Assembly: GCA_963789265.1 (NCBI GenBank)
Contig: CAWBKB010000001.1
Span: 1,952,001 to 2,016,000, forward strand
Length of the DNA stretch: 64,000 nucleotides
Source: an uncultured delta proteobacterium
GTDB taxonomy: Bacteria; Desulfobacterota; Desulfomonilia; Desulfomonilales; Desulfomonilaceae
Reading direction: 5' to 3'
Shown: positions 55,635-64,000 of the stretch, piece by piece
Position numbering within the stretch: position 1 is the stretch's first letter
How the letters are laid out: each line of letters begins with the position of its first letter
Notes under the pieces: generated by a model
Seen by the model: only the letters and a program-made list of their open reading frames with translations
What the model was told of the DNA's origin: nothing
The model's database searches: none
Program-made: the position numbers and the translations under genes

Positions 55635-56457
55635 CTACGAATTACCGGTATCTCCATCCATGCCAATCATTTGCATCAGCCATTGGAGGGATTCCAGAAG
55701 CCGGCACCACTTTTCTTCCATGATGGGCGCACACTGTTCAATCCTGAATTTCCCCAGGAAAAGCCCCATGGCGAATTCCATGCAATTTTGTTTGCCGCAG
55801 CGCTTGCAGTCGGTGGATGGAAGTCGCTTGAAGATTTCGATGGCTCCGATTCCCTGACGACGTTCTTTGTCAGGCTCCAAGCTGTACCCGCGAGTCCCAG
55901 GCTGAAATTACGAGATCGATCAAAGAACGCAACATTATCCACACGTCCAGCAGATTGTCTGCCCTGCAAATCACGAAACCATTCCGCGAAATGGCCAGCA
56001 GCCTGTGCTCCTCTTCAAAAGCGAGGACCGGGACCTCAAACCTGTAAGATCCACCCCTTATGAATCTGGCCATCAACGGAATCAACGCAGCCAAACTGTT
56101 CCTGGGAACCGCCTCGACTCTCAGTTTCAGAGGATCGGTGAGACTCGGGCGAACAGTTGACACTGTCAGAGTTCCCAGGGCTTCAATCCACTTGCTGTCG
56201 GGTGGAGGGGCTTTAGTAAGCTCGCTCGTCACCGGTCGGTAGGGAATGATGCCGCTGACAGCTACGTCCCCTTCTCTGAGTTCTTCAGCCAATGACTTTG
56301 GCCCGCCGCTGACGACAATTGTAGGGGCTACCAGCCCAAGGCAGAACGTAGGCGGTTGAACCACCGACACGGTTGCTTTCATAGAGTCGATGAACCGCCG
56401 GCCCTTTTCAAACGACACCTGATCGGGAAAGATGATTACTTGAGCCATGCCTCTCAA
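55635..56457 (-). CDS. Fe-S-binding domain protein (one +1 frameshift near 55879)
   Basis: C-terminal LPSTDCKRCGKQNCMEFA...C motif; ORFs 55870..56457 and 55635..55880 join on removing one base. Confidence 0.75.
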
Positions 56458-56621
56458 GAAACACTAAGAGTACCTTGAAGTCAACGGAAAGTGGTGATGG
56501 CAATAGTTCACCGCTGAGATAGACATTGGAGTTTAGCGGTGGTATAGCCTAGTTCTGTGACTTGCTGACAACCTCCGACGGGTGCCGGTCGCCGGCTTGA
56601 GGCTCCCACCTGATCTTTCAT

Positions 56622-57956
56622 GTGAATGTGTTTCCACTGAAGAAAGAGTTCAAGGAGTATGGGGTGATTCGATCGTCTGAGGGAATCCTATTTGGACATC
56701 CGAAAGGACTCTACATACTGTTTTTGACCGAGATGTGGGAACGATTTTCTTTCTACGGCATGCGGGCTCTCCTCGTTTATTACATGATCAAGCAGCTTAT
56801 GTTCTCTCAAGCAGAAGCTTCCCAAATATACGGCTTGTACACGGGTCTCGTTTATCTGACACCTCTTTTCGGCGGCATTTTAGCCGACCGTGCCCTCGGA
56901 CAACGTAGGACGGTGATTATAGGCGGGGTGTTGATGGCAATCGGGCATTTCCTGATGGCATTCCAGTCAATGTTCTTCCCCGCTCTCTTGTTTTTAATTC
57001 TTGGAAATGGCGCATTCAAGCCGAACATATCCACGCAAGTGGGCAGCCTCTACTCTCCCGGAGATCCACGTAGAGACAGGGCCTTCAGCATATTCTATGC
57101 CGGCATTAACCTTGGGGCTTTCTTTTCTCCGCTGGTTTGCGGCACATTAGGCGAACTTTATGGATGGCATTATGGGTTTATGGCGGCGGGCATAGGCATG
57201 GTTGTCGGACTCACAATTTATCTCCTCGGTCAGCGCTGGCTTGCACCCGACCTCTTGACTGAAATAGGACTTGAAGGAGAAAAAGCGACAGCGCCTCTCA
57301 CCGCACAAGAAAAGAACAGAGTCTGGAGTTTGATTGCGATATGTCTGTTCAGCGTGGCCTTCTGGGCGGCTTATGAACAACAGGGCAATACAGTCGCGCT
57401 TTGGGCCGACGCGGACACTAACCGGTATCTCTTTGGTTGGGTGATTCCCGCGTCATGGTTTCAGTCTGTCAACCCGGCTCTGATAATTCTCGGGACACCG
57501 CTGATTACGTCTCTTTGGGCATGGCAGTCAAGAAGACAAAAGGAACCGTCAGCAGTCGCAAAGATGGCCTTTGGCTGCTTCCTGCTTGCATCCGGCTTCC
57601 TACTCATGGTCCCGGCGGCCAGGCTGTATGCCGTGGCAGGGAAGCCCGTCAGTATGCTATGGCTGATTCTTTTCAATCTGTTCGTGACGGTCGGCGAGTT
57701 GTACCTTTCGCCGGTGGGGCTTTCGCTGGTTACCAAACTGTCGCCGCCTCGTATGGTCTCCATGTTGATGGGAGTCTGGTTCTCTTCAGCGTTTATTGGG
57801 AACTTCGCAGCGGGTTTTTTGGGCCGCTACTGGGAAGAGATACCCAAGGACGTATACTTCCTAATGATCGCCGCTGTGGCTTTTTCTGCGGGATTGGCTA
57901 TCATGGTGCTCCTGAAGACTCTGAAACGGAGCATCGGATCTACGGACAGCGCGTAA
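56622..57956 (+). CDS. POT/PTR-family proton-dependent peptide transporter
   Basis: GHPKGL...EMWERFSFYGM (ExxERF), GNGAFKPNIS, FYAGINLG, WFQSVNP, GELYLSPVG. Confidence 0.96.
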   Translation: MNVFPLKKEFKEYGVIRSSEGILFGHPKGLYILFLTEMWERFSFYGMRALLVYYMIKQLMFSQAEASQIYGLYTGLVYLTPLFGGILADRALGQRRTVIIGGVLMAIGHFLMAFQSMFFPALLFLILGNGAFKPNISTQVGSLYSPGDPRRDRAFSIFYAGINLGAFFSPLVCGTLGELYGWHYGFMAAGIGMVVGLTIYLLGQRWLAPDLLTEIGLEGEKATAPLTAQEKNRVWSLIAICLFSVAFWAAYEQQGNTVALWADADTNRYLFGWVIPASWFQSVNPALIILGTPLITSLWAWQSRRQKEPSAVAKMAFGCFLLASGFLLMVPAARLYAVAGKPVSMLWLILFNLFVTVGELYLSPVGLSLVTKLSPPRMVSMLMGVWFSSAFIGNFAAGFLGRYWEEIPKDVYFLMIAAVAFSAGLAIMVLLKTLKRSIGSTDSA

Positions 57957-58070
57957 GCTCGAGTTGACCGGTGCCAGCGGATGTAGTAACAGCACGTGTC
58001 CCTCAGGTGCGGAAACCGGCGGAGTGTGTAACCTTTAAGGTATCTGGAGTCATCGATCTGTTCCAACCGG

Positions 58071-58167
58071 TGTCATTGCGAGCGAAGCGAAGCAATCTCA
58101 TTTCTGGAGAGCGTCCAAAACCGAGATTGCTTCGTCGCTTTGCTCCTCGCAATGACAATTCCCCGTC
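58071..58167. repeat. GTCATTGCGAG-family REP-like double palindrome
   Basis: Near-identical reverse complement of 34460-34557. Confidence 0.85.
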
Positions 58168-58311
58168 CGTAAGTGAATCGTTACCAGGGTGTGCGCTCAC
58201 GCCTTGCAAATGAGGGAGAAGTATGGTTTGGATAATTACTATCCACTTTTGGGCAAGTGCCGTGGAAGCTCCTAACATTCTTCCCGCCCGAAGAGTCGAA
58301 CTGGGACATCG

Positions 58312-59751
58312 ATGCAAGATTTCAAAGAATTGATCTATTCGGTAAGTGCAGTCAACATATTGGATATTGCGATCATCGCGTCTCTTATCTATTTTGTCTT
58401 AGCCTGGCTCCAGGGTACCCGCGCATTCCAAATCCTGGCCACTCTTCTCGGAATTGGCCTGACCTACTTGGCAGCTTCCGCCTCCGGGTTAATACTTACT
58501 TCCATTTTGTTCCAATATTTGTGGGCCGCAATTATCGTTGTTCTCGTCATAGTCTTCCAACCTGAAATAAGGGAAATGCTTGATAAAGCATCGCCGATAC
58601 GCTATTTGAGCGGACGGCAGCCTGTCGATGTTAAGCCTGTCATAATTGACGAGATGGTTAGAGCCGTGGCTGAGTTGGCCCGTTTGAAGATGGGGGCGCT
58701 GATAGTATTTCAGAGGCTGGACAGGCTCGACAATACCATTTTGAAAGGCAGACTTCTCGATTGCCTTCTCTCGGCCGAAGCTCTGGTAATGATTTTCCAG
58801 AAAGCTTCTCCACTTCACGATGGGGCAGTGCTCATATCAGGCGACAAGATCAAAGCTGCCAGTTGCGTGCTCCCGTTGTCGTTAAAAGAGGACCTAAGCT
58901 CCTATTACGGCACCCGGCACCGGGCAGCCCTGGGTCTTACCGGGAAATCTGACTCCGTGTGTGTGGTGGTGTCTGAGGAACGAGGTGAAGTTTCCCTGGT
59001 CGAGGGAAAGGAAATCACGAATTACAAAAAAAAGGGGGAATTCCGGCAAGCACTTGAACGCCGGTTAGTGCCTGGAGAGGCGTCGGCAAAAGATACGGCC
59101 ACCGGCCCGAGGCGGAGTTGGATCACATCGAACTGGGGCTTGAAAATCCTTGCTCTGGGTACCGCCGTCTTTCTATGGTTTATCGTCGTCGGTCCCCGGC
59201 ACTCTGAAGTCGGAATGTCTGTGCCGATTCAGTACACTAATCTGCCGCCTACGATGGAAATCACAGGTACCTGGATGGATCGCATCGACGTCATGATAAG
59301 GGGTTCCGGTTCGGGGCTGGCCAGCTTGACACCTGGTTCTGTAAGAGCAGTTGTGGATCTGAGCGGTGTACTCCCCGGCTTGAACTATTTCAGGATAACC
59401 AACAAGAATCTGCTCGTCCCCCCGGGTATCGCCATATCGCAGATCCGGCCTTCCGACCTCCACCTCAACATAGAAGCAGCCTCCACGAAGAGTATCGGCG
59501 TGGTTCCGACCTTGGCCGGAGCTTTACCGGAGAACACAAAAGTCACCGTTACCCCCCCGGCAGTTCGCATAAGGGCAGCGCAAGGCGATCTAAAGAAAGT
59601 GACCTCAGTGACTACCGAACCCGTAAACGCCTCGGAATTGATCGCGAAGAAAAAAATCGTTACCCACGTAGTGGTGAAGCCGGACGGCCTCAGAATCGAC
59701 TCGATCGAGCCCATTCAGGTGACTGTTAAGCTTGCAGAGGAAAAGCCTTGA
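58312..59751 (+). CDS. cdaA: Diadenylate cyclase CdaA fused to a YbbR/CdaR domain
   Basis: 3 TM, FQPEIR, LHDGA, GTRHRAALG, VSEERG; then NWGLKILAL TM and YbbR-like beta domains. Confidence 0.92.
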   Translation: MQDFKELIYSVSAVNILDIAIIASLIYFVLAWLQGTRAFQILATLLGIGLTYLAASASGLILTSILFQYLWAAIIVVLVIVFQPEIREMLDKASPIRYLSGRQPVDVKPVIIDEMVRAVAELARLKMGALIVFQRLDRLDNTILKGRLLDCLLSAEALVMIFQKASPLHDGAVLISGDKIKAASCVLPLSLKEDLSSYYGTRHRAALGLTGKSDSVCVVVSEERGEVSLVEGKEITNYKKKGEFRQALERRLVPGEASAKDTATGPRRSWITSNWGLKILALGTAVFLWFIVVGPRHSEVGMSVPIQYTNLPPTMEITGTWMDRIDVMIRGSGSGLASLTPGSVRAVVDLSGVLPGLNYFRITNKNLLVPPGIAISQIRPSDLHLNIEAASTKSIGVVPTLAGALPENTKVTVTPPAVRIRAAQGDLKKVTSVTTEPVNASELIAKKKIVTHVVVKPDGLRIDSIEPIQVTVKLAEEKP

Positions 59752-59790
59752 ATTTATTGGAGCGAACAGGCACATGATTGAGGATTGTTC

Positions 59791-60843
59791 ATGAGTGGCC
59801 GGCCGGGTAAACTCACAGGCCTGCTCGACTTTGTGGGACGGACGTTCAGAGCAGACCTTGCAATGGACCTGGGAACCGCCAACACGCTCATTTACGCGAG
59901 AGGGAAAGGCATAGTCGTAAATGAACCTTCTCTGATAGCGATTGACACTCGCACGGGCAAGACCGTTGCGATCGGGCGGCCGGCCCGAGAGTACATTGGA
60001 CGCGGCCCGGCCTACATCAGGACCGAACGGCCTCTTCGAAACGGGGTCATCGCAGATTTCGACGCAGCCATGTCCATGATAAAGGGCTTCTTGGCCAAGG
60101 CATTCACACAGCGATTTTGGGTACGGCCGCGCATTGTAATAGGCGTGCCGTCAGGAATCACCCAGGTAGAAAAAAGGGCTGTAAAGGACTCCGCATACGA
60201 GGTTGGAGCCAACCGCGTGTTTCTTCTTGAGGAACCCATGGCCGCAGCGCTCGGAGCGGGCCTGGATGTGGATCTCCCCGGTGGAAGCCTGGTCGTGGAT
60301 ATTGGGGGAGGCACCACGGAGGTGGCTGTCATCTCCCTGTACTCCACAGCATATTGTGAATCCATACGGGTGGCGGGAGACGAAATGGATGAGGCTATCA
60401 TGCGCTATCTTCAGCGCAACATGCACCTTGAAATAACCCCCTCGCTCGCCGAAAGGATTAAGATAAGGATAGGCAGCGCGGTTCGGACCAATGGGACACC
60501 GATAATGACAGTGACGGGCAAAGAACTGGGCCGTGGAGGCCCCCGAACTGTAAGCCTGAACTCGTCAAATATAAGCGAGGCTCTTGAAGAAACAGTGGAC
60601 GCCATTCTGGACACAATTCGCAGGGCTTTGGAGAACGCCCCGCCTGCTCTCCTTTCGGACGTCGAGGAACGGGGGCTGACTTTGACAGGCGGCGGTGCCC
60701 TCTTGGCCGGCTTGGACAGCCTCATAAGTAAAATGACTGGAATCCCTGCATATCTGGCGGATGACCCCCTAACATCAGTTGTACGGGGCTGCGGAATGGT
60801 AATAGAAGACCTTAAGCGCTGGGAAGGAACTTTTGTGGCGTGA
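59791..60843 (+). CDS. mreB: MreB-family actin-like protein
   Basis: MDLGTANTL, NEPS, PSGITQVEKRAV, EEPMAAALGAGL, VDIGGGTTEV, LTGGGALL. Confidence 0.93.
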   Translation: MSGRPGKLTGLLDFVGRTFRADLAMDLGTANTLIYARGKGIVVNEPSLIAIDTRTGKTVAIGRPAREYIGRGPAYIRTERPLRNGVIADFDAAMSMIKGFLAKAFTQRFWVRPRIVIGVPSGITQVEKRAVKDSAYEVGANRVFLLEEPMAAALGAGLDVDLPGGSLVVDIGGGTTEVAVISLYSTAYCESIRVAGDEMDEAIMRYLQRNMHLEITPSLAERIKIRIGSAVRTNGTPIMTVTGKELGRGGPRTVSLNSSNISEALEETVDAILDTIRRALENAPPALLSDVEERGLTLTGGGALLAGLDSLISKMTGIPAYLADDPLTSVVRGCGMVIEDLKRWEGTFVA

Positions 60844-60846
60844 CTG

Positions 60847-61054
60847 ATACCGATTCGCTTTCCAGCAGATGACAGAAGTTTGCAATCAGCGATAAATACA
60901 GCACGGATCTGACAATGCCTACCATAAGACCGGAGATGGCACCCGGGACCTCATGAATGGAAGCCGGGTACCGCTGACCCGGGCGCGGTCATGGCGCCAG
61001 ATCGGTGCCATTTGCTGTTTGCTGATTCTCACCTATTTGAGAGCGAACTAGTAT
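60847..61054. mobile_element. MITE-like element with family-B-related ends
   Basis: ATACCGATTCGC left end (as at 33754) and GCGAACTAGTAT right end; palindromic interior. Confidence 0.55.
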
Positions 61055-61166
61055 TAACGGACCTTTCTCGGTCATTTTAGCTCACGCAAGACCGGACCCA
61101 GCGAAACCCAGATCAAATCGGCCAAAACCTAACTAGTTGTTTCGACAGAACAAGAAGAAGGCAGCT

Positions 61167-61610
61167 ATGGACTCACGAGATCGAGAGTTGCTCAATTTGA
61201 TTCAGGCCGCGTTCCCCGTTGAGCCGCATCCTTACATGGTCATAGCCGAAAAGCTCGGGATGGACCAAGAGGAGGTTTTGGCCCGAATCGACAACCTGAA
61301 AAGGCAGGGAATAATCAGACGAATCGGAGCTTCCATCAATTCCAGGCGAGTCGGCTTCGTGAGCACGCTCCTAGCAGCTCAGGTGCCTGACGAAAAGTTT
61401 GAATCGTTTGTGCAAACCGTTAACTCATGCCCGGGGGTTACCCACAATTACCAAAGAACGCATGCGTACAATGTGTGGTTCACACTTATTGCATCGTCCC
61501 GGACCGAAAAGGAACGCATCATTCAGGAACTGATCCAAACAACACGCGTCGAGATCCTGGAACTCCCGGCAAAGAGGATCTTCAAGATCAGAGTGGATTT
61601 CAGATTCTAA
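61167..61610 (+). CDS. ahbA: Siroheme decarboxylase alpha subunit (AhbA/NirD-like, Lrp/AsnC fold)
   Basis: IQAAFPVEPHPY, GIIRRIG, STLLAA, PGVTHNYQR...YNVWFT, FKIRVDF. Confidence 0.88.
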   Translation: MDSRDRELLNLIQAAFPVEPHPYMVIAEKLGMDQEEVLARIDNLKRQGIIRRIGASINSRRVGFVSTLLAAQVPDEKFESFVQTVNSCPGVTHNYQRTHAYNVWFTLIASSRTEKERIIQELIQTTRVEILELPAKRIFKIRVDFRF

Positions 61611-62741
61611 GGACGGGACGGCACGCTCAACCGGGACGTTCTCTGTTTGCTTGCGGTTTCCAGTGATTTTCGAAACTGGTGTTCCATCTGATCGACGGCC
61701 GACATGACCCCAGTTTCCGGGTCATCCAGAAGCGACAGCTTCATCTCATCGAGATATGAATAAATACTTTTTTTAAGAATGGGCTTGTTTTCCGCAACAG
61801 TGCTGGCATGATCCCATACATCCCAGATGATGATCCCAACACCGACGATCGGCCCCAGAGAACTTCCCCCCAACTTTCGCAGCCACCTTTCCACCCGTCT
61901 TGGCGGCAAGCTTGGCCATAGTCTTGGCCGCTATTTTTTCCCCCAGTCCGGCTCCAACGCCTGCCAGCGCCTTGCCCTCAAAAGTCCCTATGATTTTCCC
62001 TGCAAGGACCACTGTGCCGGCAGCCGTAGAGGCATACAATGCCTTGAGCGTGATAGGAACATTTCTCCCGCTCTCTATCATGGACGACTGTCGTGAAATA
62101 TCGGCAATGTAGTCTTGCCAATCAGCGGGGGTTACATTATATCGTTTTGGTATTTCGGCTACGAGCGATCGCAGATTGTGCAGGTAACGCTCTAGAGTTG
62201 CAGCCTGAATCCGCTCGAGTTGCAGTTGAGATGTCTGAGGTTGAAGGACCCGGGAGGCAAACTGTGACTGAAATTCCTCGGTACTTTCTTCCGCGGCAGT
62301 AGGTTGGTCGGAAGCCACCCAGTGTATTGCACCGTAATAGAGAGCTTTTGCGCCCCGTATCTGAGTATTCCAATAGCTGAAATACCAGTCTAGGAAATCG
62401 TTATCGACGCGCTCCTTCAACCCCTTTTCCCACTTGTCTAGCCGCGAGAGCGCGTATTGTCGGGCGTCTGCTCGCGCGTTGGCCAGCGCTTCTTCCACCG
62501 CCTTGTCCAGTTTATTGTACACGGGTGGGACAGGCCGGGATTCCTCCTTTGTCGGATTCTTCGCCTGGGTCAGACCTCCTGCCGATTTCCCACTCAAAAA
62601 AAAGTGATACCCCAGACCTGCGATGATGATGAAAGCCACAAACGACCAGATCAACAAGCTGGCGGCTTTAATAAATTGGGTTATTGCCGTCAGCCGGCCG
62701 GCCTTTTCGGCATTGTTCGGACAAGGAGTCTTTTCGTCCAT
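61607..62741 (-). CDS. Hypothetical membrane-anchored helical protein with Gly/Ala/Lys-rich segment (one +1 frameshift near 61860)
   Basis: ORFs 61773..62741 and 61607..61909 join as KVGGKFLGPIVGVGIIIWDVWDH. Confidence 0.7.
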
Positions 62742-62770
62742 CGCCGTTCCCCTTCGGTCATGGCGGGCCG

Positions 62771-63478
62771 TTATGTCTTGCGGCCGGAAGCAGTGCGGAT
62801 GAGGTCAAGGAAGTTTACATAAACAGCTTGAGCATTGCGTTCCAGGTCGTTCCGGATTTCACGAAAACGGTCCATCACATCCGATATTTTAACCTCTCGA
62901 GAGTCTCCGAACCAGTCCGAGAGGATCTGTTCAGTCACCTCCAGATGGAACTGGAGACCGAGCGCGTTTCTGTAGCGGAAAGCCTGGTGAGGGCAATCCG
63001 TGGAGGCTGCAAGCAGGATCCCGTCCGCGGGGACGTGGAACATGTCTCCATGCCACTGCAGCACTTCCAATGAGGCGGGAAGGCCTTTTAGCATGGGGTC
63101 CTTCTTGCCGCGGTCCGTGAGTGTCACACGGCCCCACCCTACCTCCTTTTTGGGCGACTTCGTCACAGGAGCGCGGGCAGCTTTTGCGATCATCTGGGCG
63201 CCAAGACATATTCCCAGCGTGGGAATGTCCGCTTCGACAGTCTGCTGGAGAAACGCCGTCTCCTCACTGAGGAACGGGTACCGATCCTCCTCATAGACAT
63301 TCATGGGGCCGCCCATGGAAATTACAGCATCAAATCCGCTGAGATCCTGATGAAGACGATCCCCCGCATAAAGGCGGACCGTACGAGTTTCGGCTCCTGC
63401 CGACTCCAAAAAAGCGCCAAGAGACCCGGGACCCTCTGATTCAACGTGTACGATCACGATTATCTTCATTGCCGTCAT
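62771..63478 (-). CDS. Class I glutamine amidotransferase (GMP-synthase-like, stand-alone)
   Basis: [33 protein letters not shown]. Confidence 0.93.
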   Translation of the reverse strand: MTAMKIIVIVHVESEGPGSLGAFLESAGAETRTVRLYAGDRLHQDLSGFDAVISMGGPMNVYEEDRYPFLSEETAFLQQTVEADIPTLGICLGAQMIAKAARAPVTKSPKKEVGWGRVTLTDRGKKDPMLKGLPASLEVLQWHGDMFHVPADGILLAASTDCPHQAFRYRNALGLQFHLEVTEQILSDWFGDSREVKISDVMDRFREIRNDLERNAQAVYVNFLDLIRTASGRKT

Positions 63479-64000
63479 TCCTTAATCTGATAATTAATAT
63501 AACGATTAGTGATGGGCAAGCGCCTGTCCTTGCCAAAGGCTTTGGGAGTAATCTTAATGCCGGGGGGAGCCTGGCGACGCTTGTATTCGTTTCTATCCAC
63601 CAGGCGCACCACATCTTTCACAGTATCGGGATCAAAGCCCTCGATCTCACCAGGGGTCTTGTCTTCTTCCACGTAGGCACGGAGGATCGGATCGAGAACA
63701 GCGTACGGTGGAAGGGAATCCTCGTCCTTCTGATCCGCCCTAAGCTCCGCTGAAGGCGCCCGCTCGATGATACCCTGCGGTATAAGGTTTCTCCCGGATT
63801 TCTCGTTTATATAGTTGCTAAGTTCGTACACGACCGTCTTGGGAACATCTTTCAGCACAGCAAAACCGCCGGCCATGTCGCCGTAGAGAGTACAATAGCC
63901 TACGGCGGTTTCACTCTTGTTTCCCGTGGTCAGGACCAACCAGCCGAACCTGTTTGAGAGCCCCATGAGAATGTTCCCTCGGATACGGGCCTGGAGATTC
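63475..64000 (-). CDS. nadE: NAD+ synthetase, C-terminal part (truncated by the window edge)
   Basis: [50 protein letters not shown]. Confidence 0.96.
   Translation of the reverse strand, partial: NLQARIRGNILMGLSNRFGWLVLTTGNKSETAVGYCTLYGDMAGGFAVLKDVPKTVVYELSNYINEKSGRNLIPQGIIERAPSAELRADQKDEDSLPPYAVLDPILRAYVEEDKTPGEIEGFDPDTVKDVVRLVDRNEYKRRQAPPGIKITPKAFGKDRRLPITNRYINYQIKE

Overview
A mostly housekeeping chromosomal window from an anaerobic Desulfobacterota-type bacterium. The Desulfomonile-like assignment is inferred from gene content and is not proven. In order it holds: atpF'FHAGDC; a TPR gene, Xaa-Pro peptidase and efp; a 577-aa unknown plus an orphan XRE/HigA-like gene; malic enzyme and GTP-PEPCK; secreted hypotheticals and a 10-heme cytochrome c; gatCAB; mvhD-metV-metF followed by a three-gene split glutamate-synthase-like module; ubiE/menG; a PIN toxin-antitoxin pair in a dense repeat field; RNase P RNA; a TlpA-like redoxin; glpD, an FGGY kinase and an alkyl-DHAP-synthase-like oxidoreductase; a NusG paralog and a pseudokinase; SPFH, EndoIII-like, DciA, mog, speD, PrsW, OppF and a POT transporter; a CdaA-YbbR fusion, an mreB paralog, ahbA, a GATase and partial nadE. 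Eight frameshifts in seven genes, including atpA and gatB, are all single-base insertions and are most likely sequencing errors. Three observations stand out. (1) A structured leader with an intrinsic terminator and an overlapping uORF ending Arg-Pro-stop lies upstream of speD, a candidate polyamine/SAM-related riboswitch or attenuator. (2) Several MITE families carry REP-like palindromes and also insert into them, one with a clean 9-bp target duplication. (3) The MvhD-MetVF locus is joined to one intact and one degenerate GltB FMN-barrel paralog.
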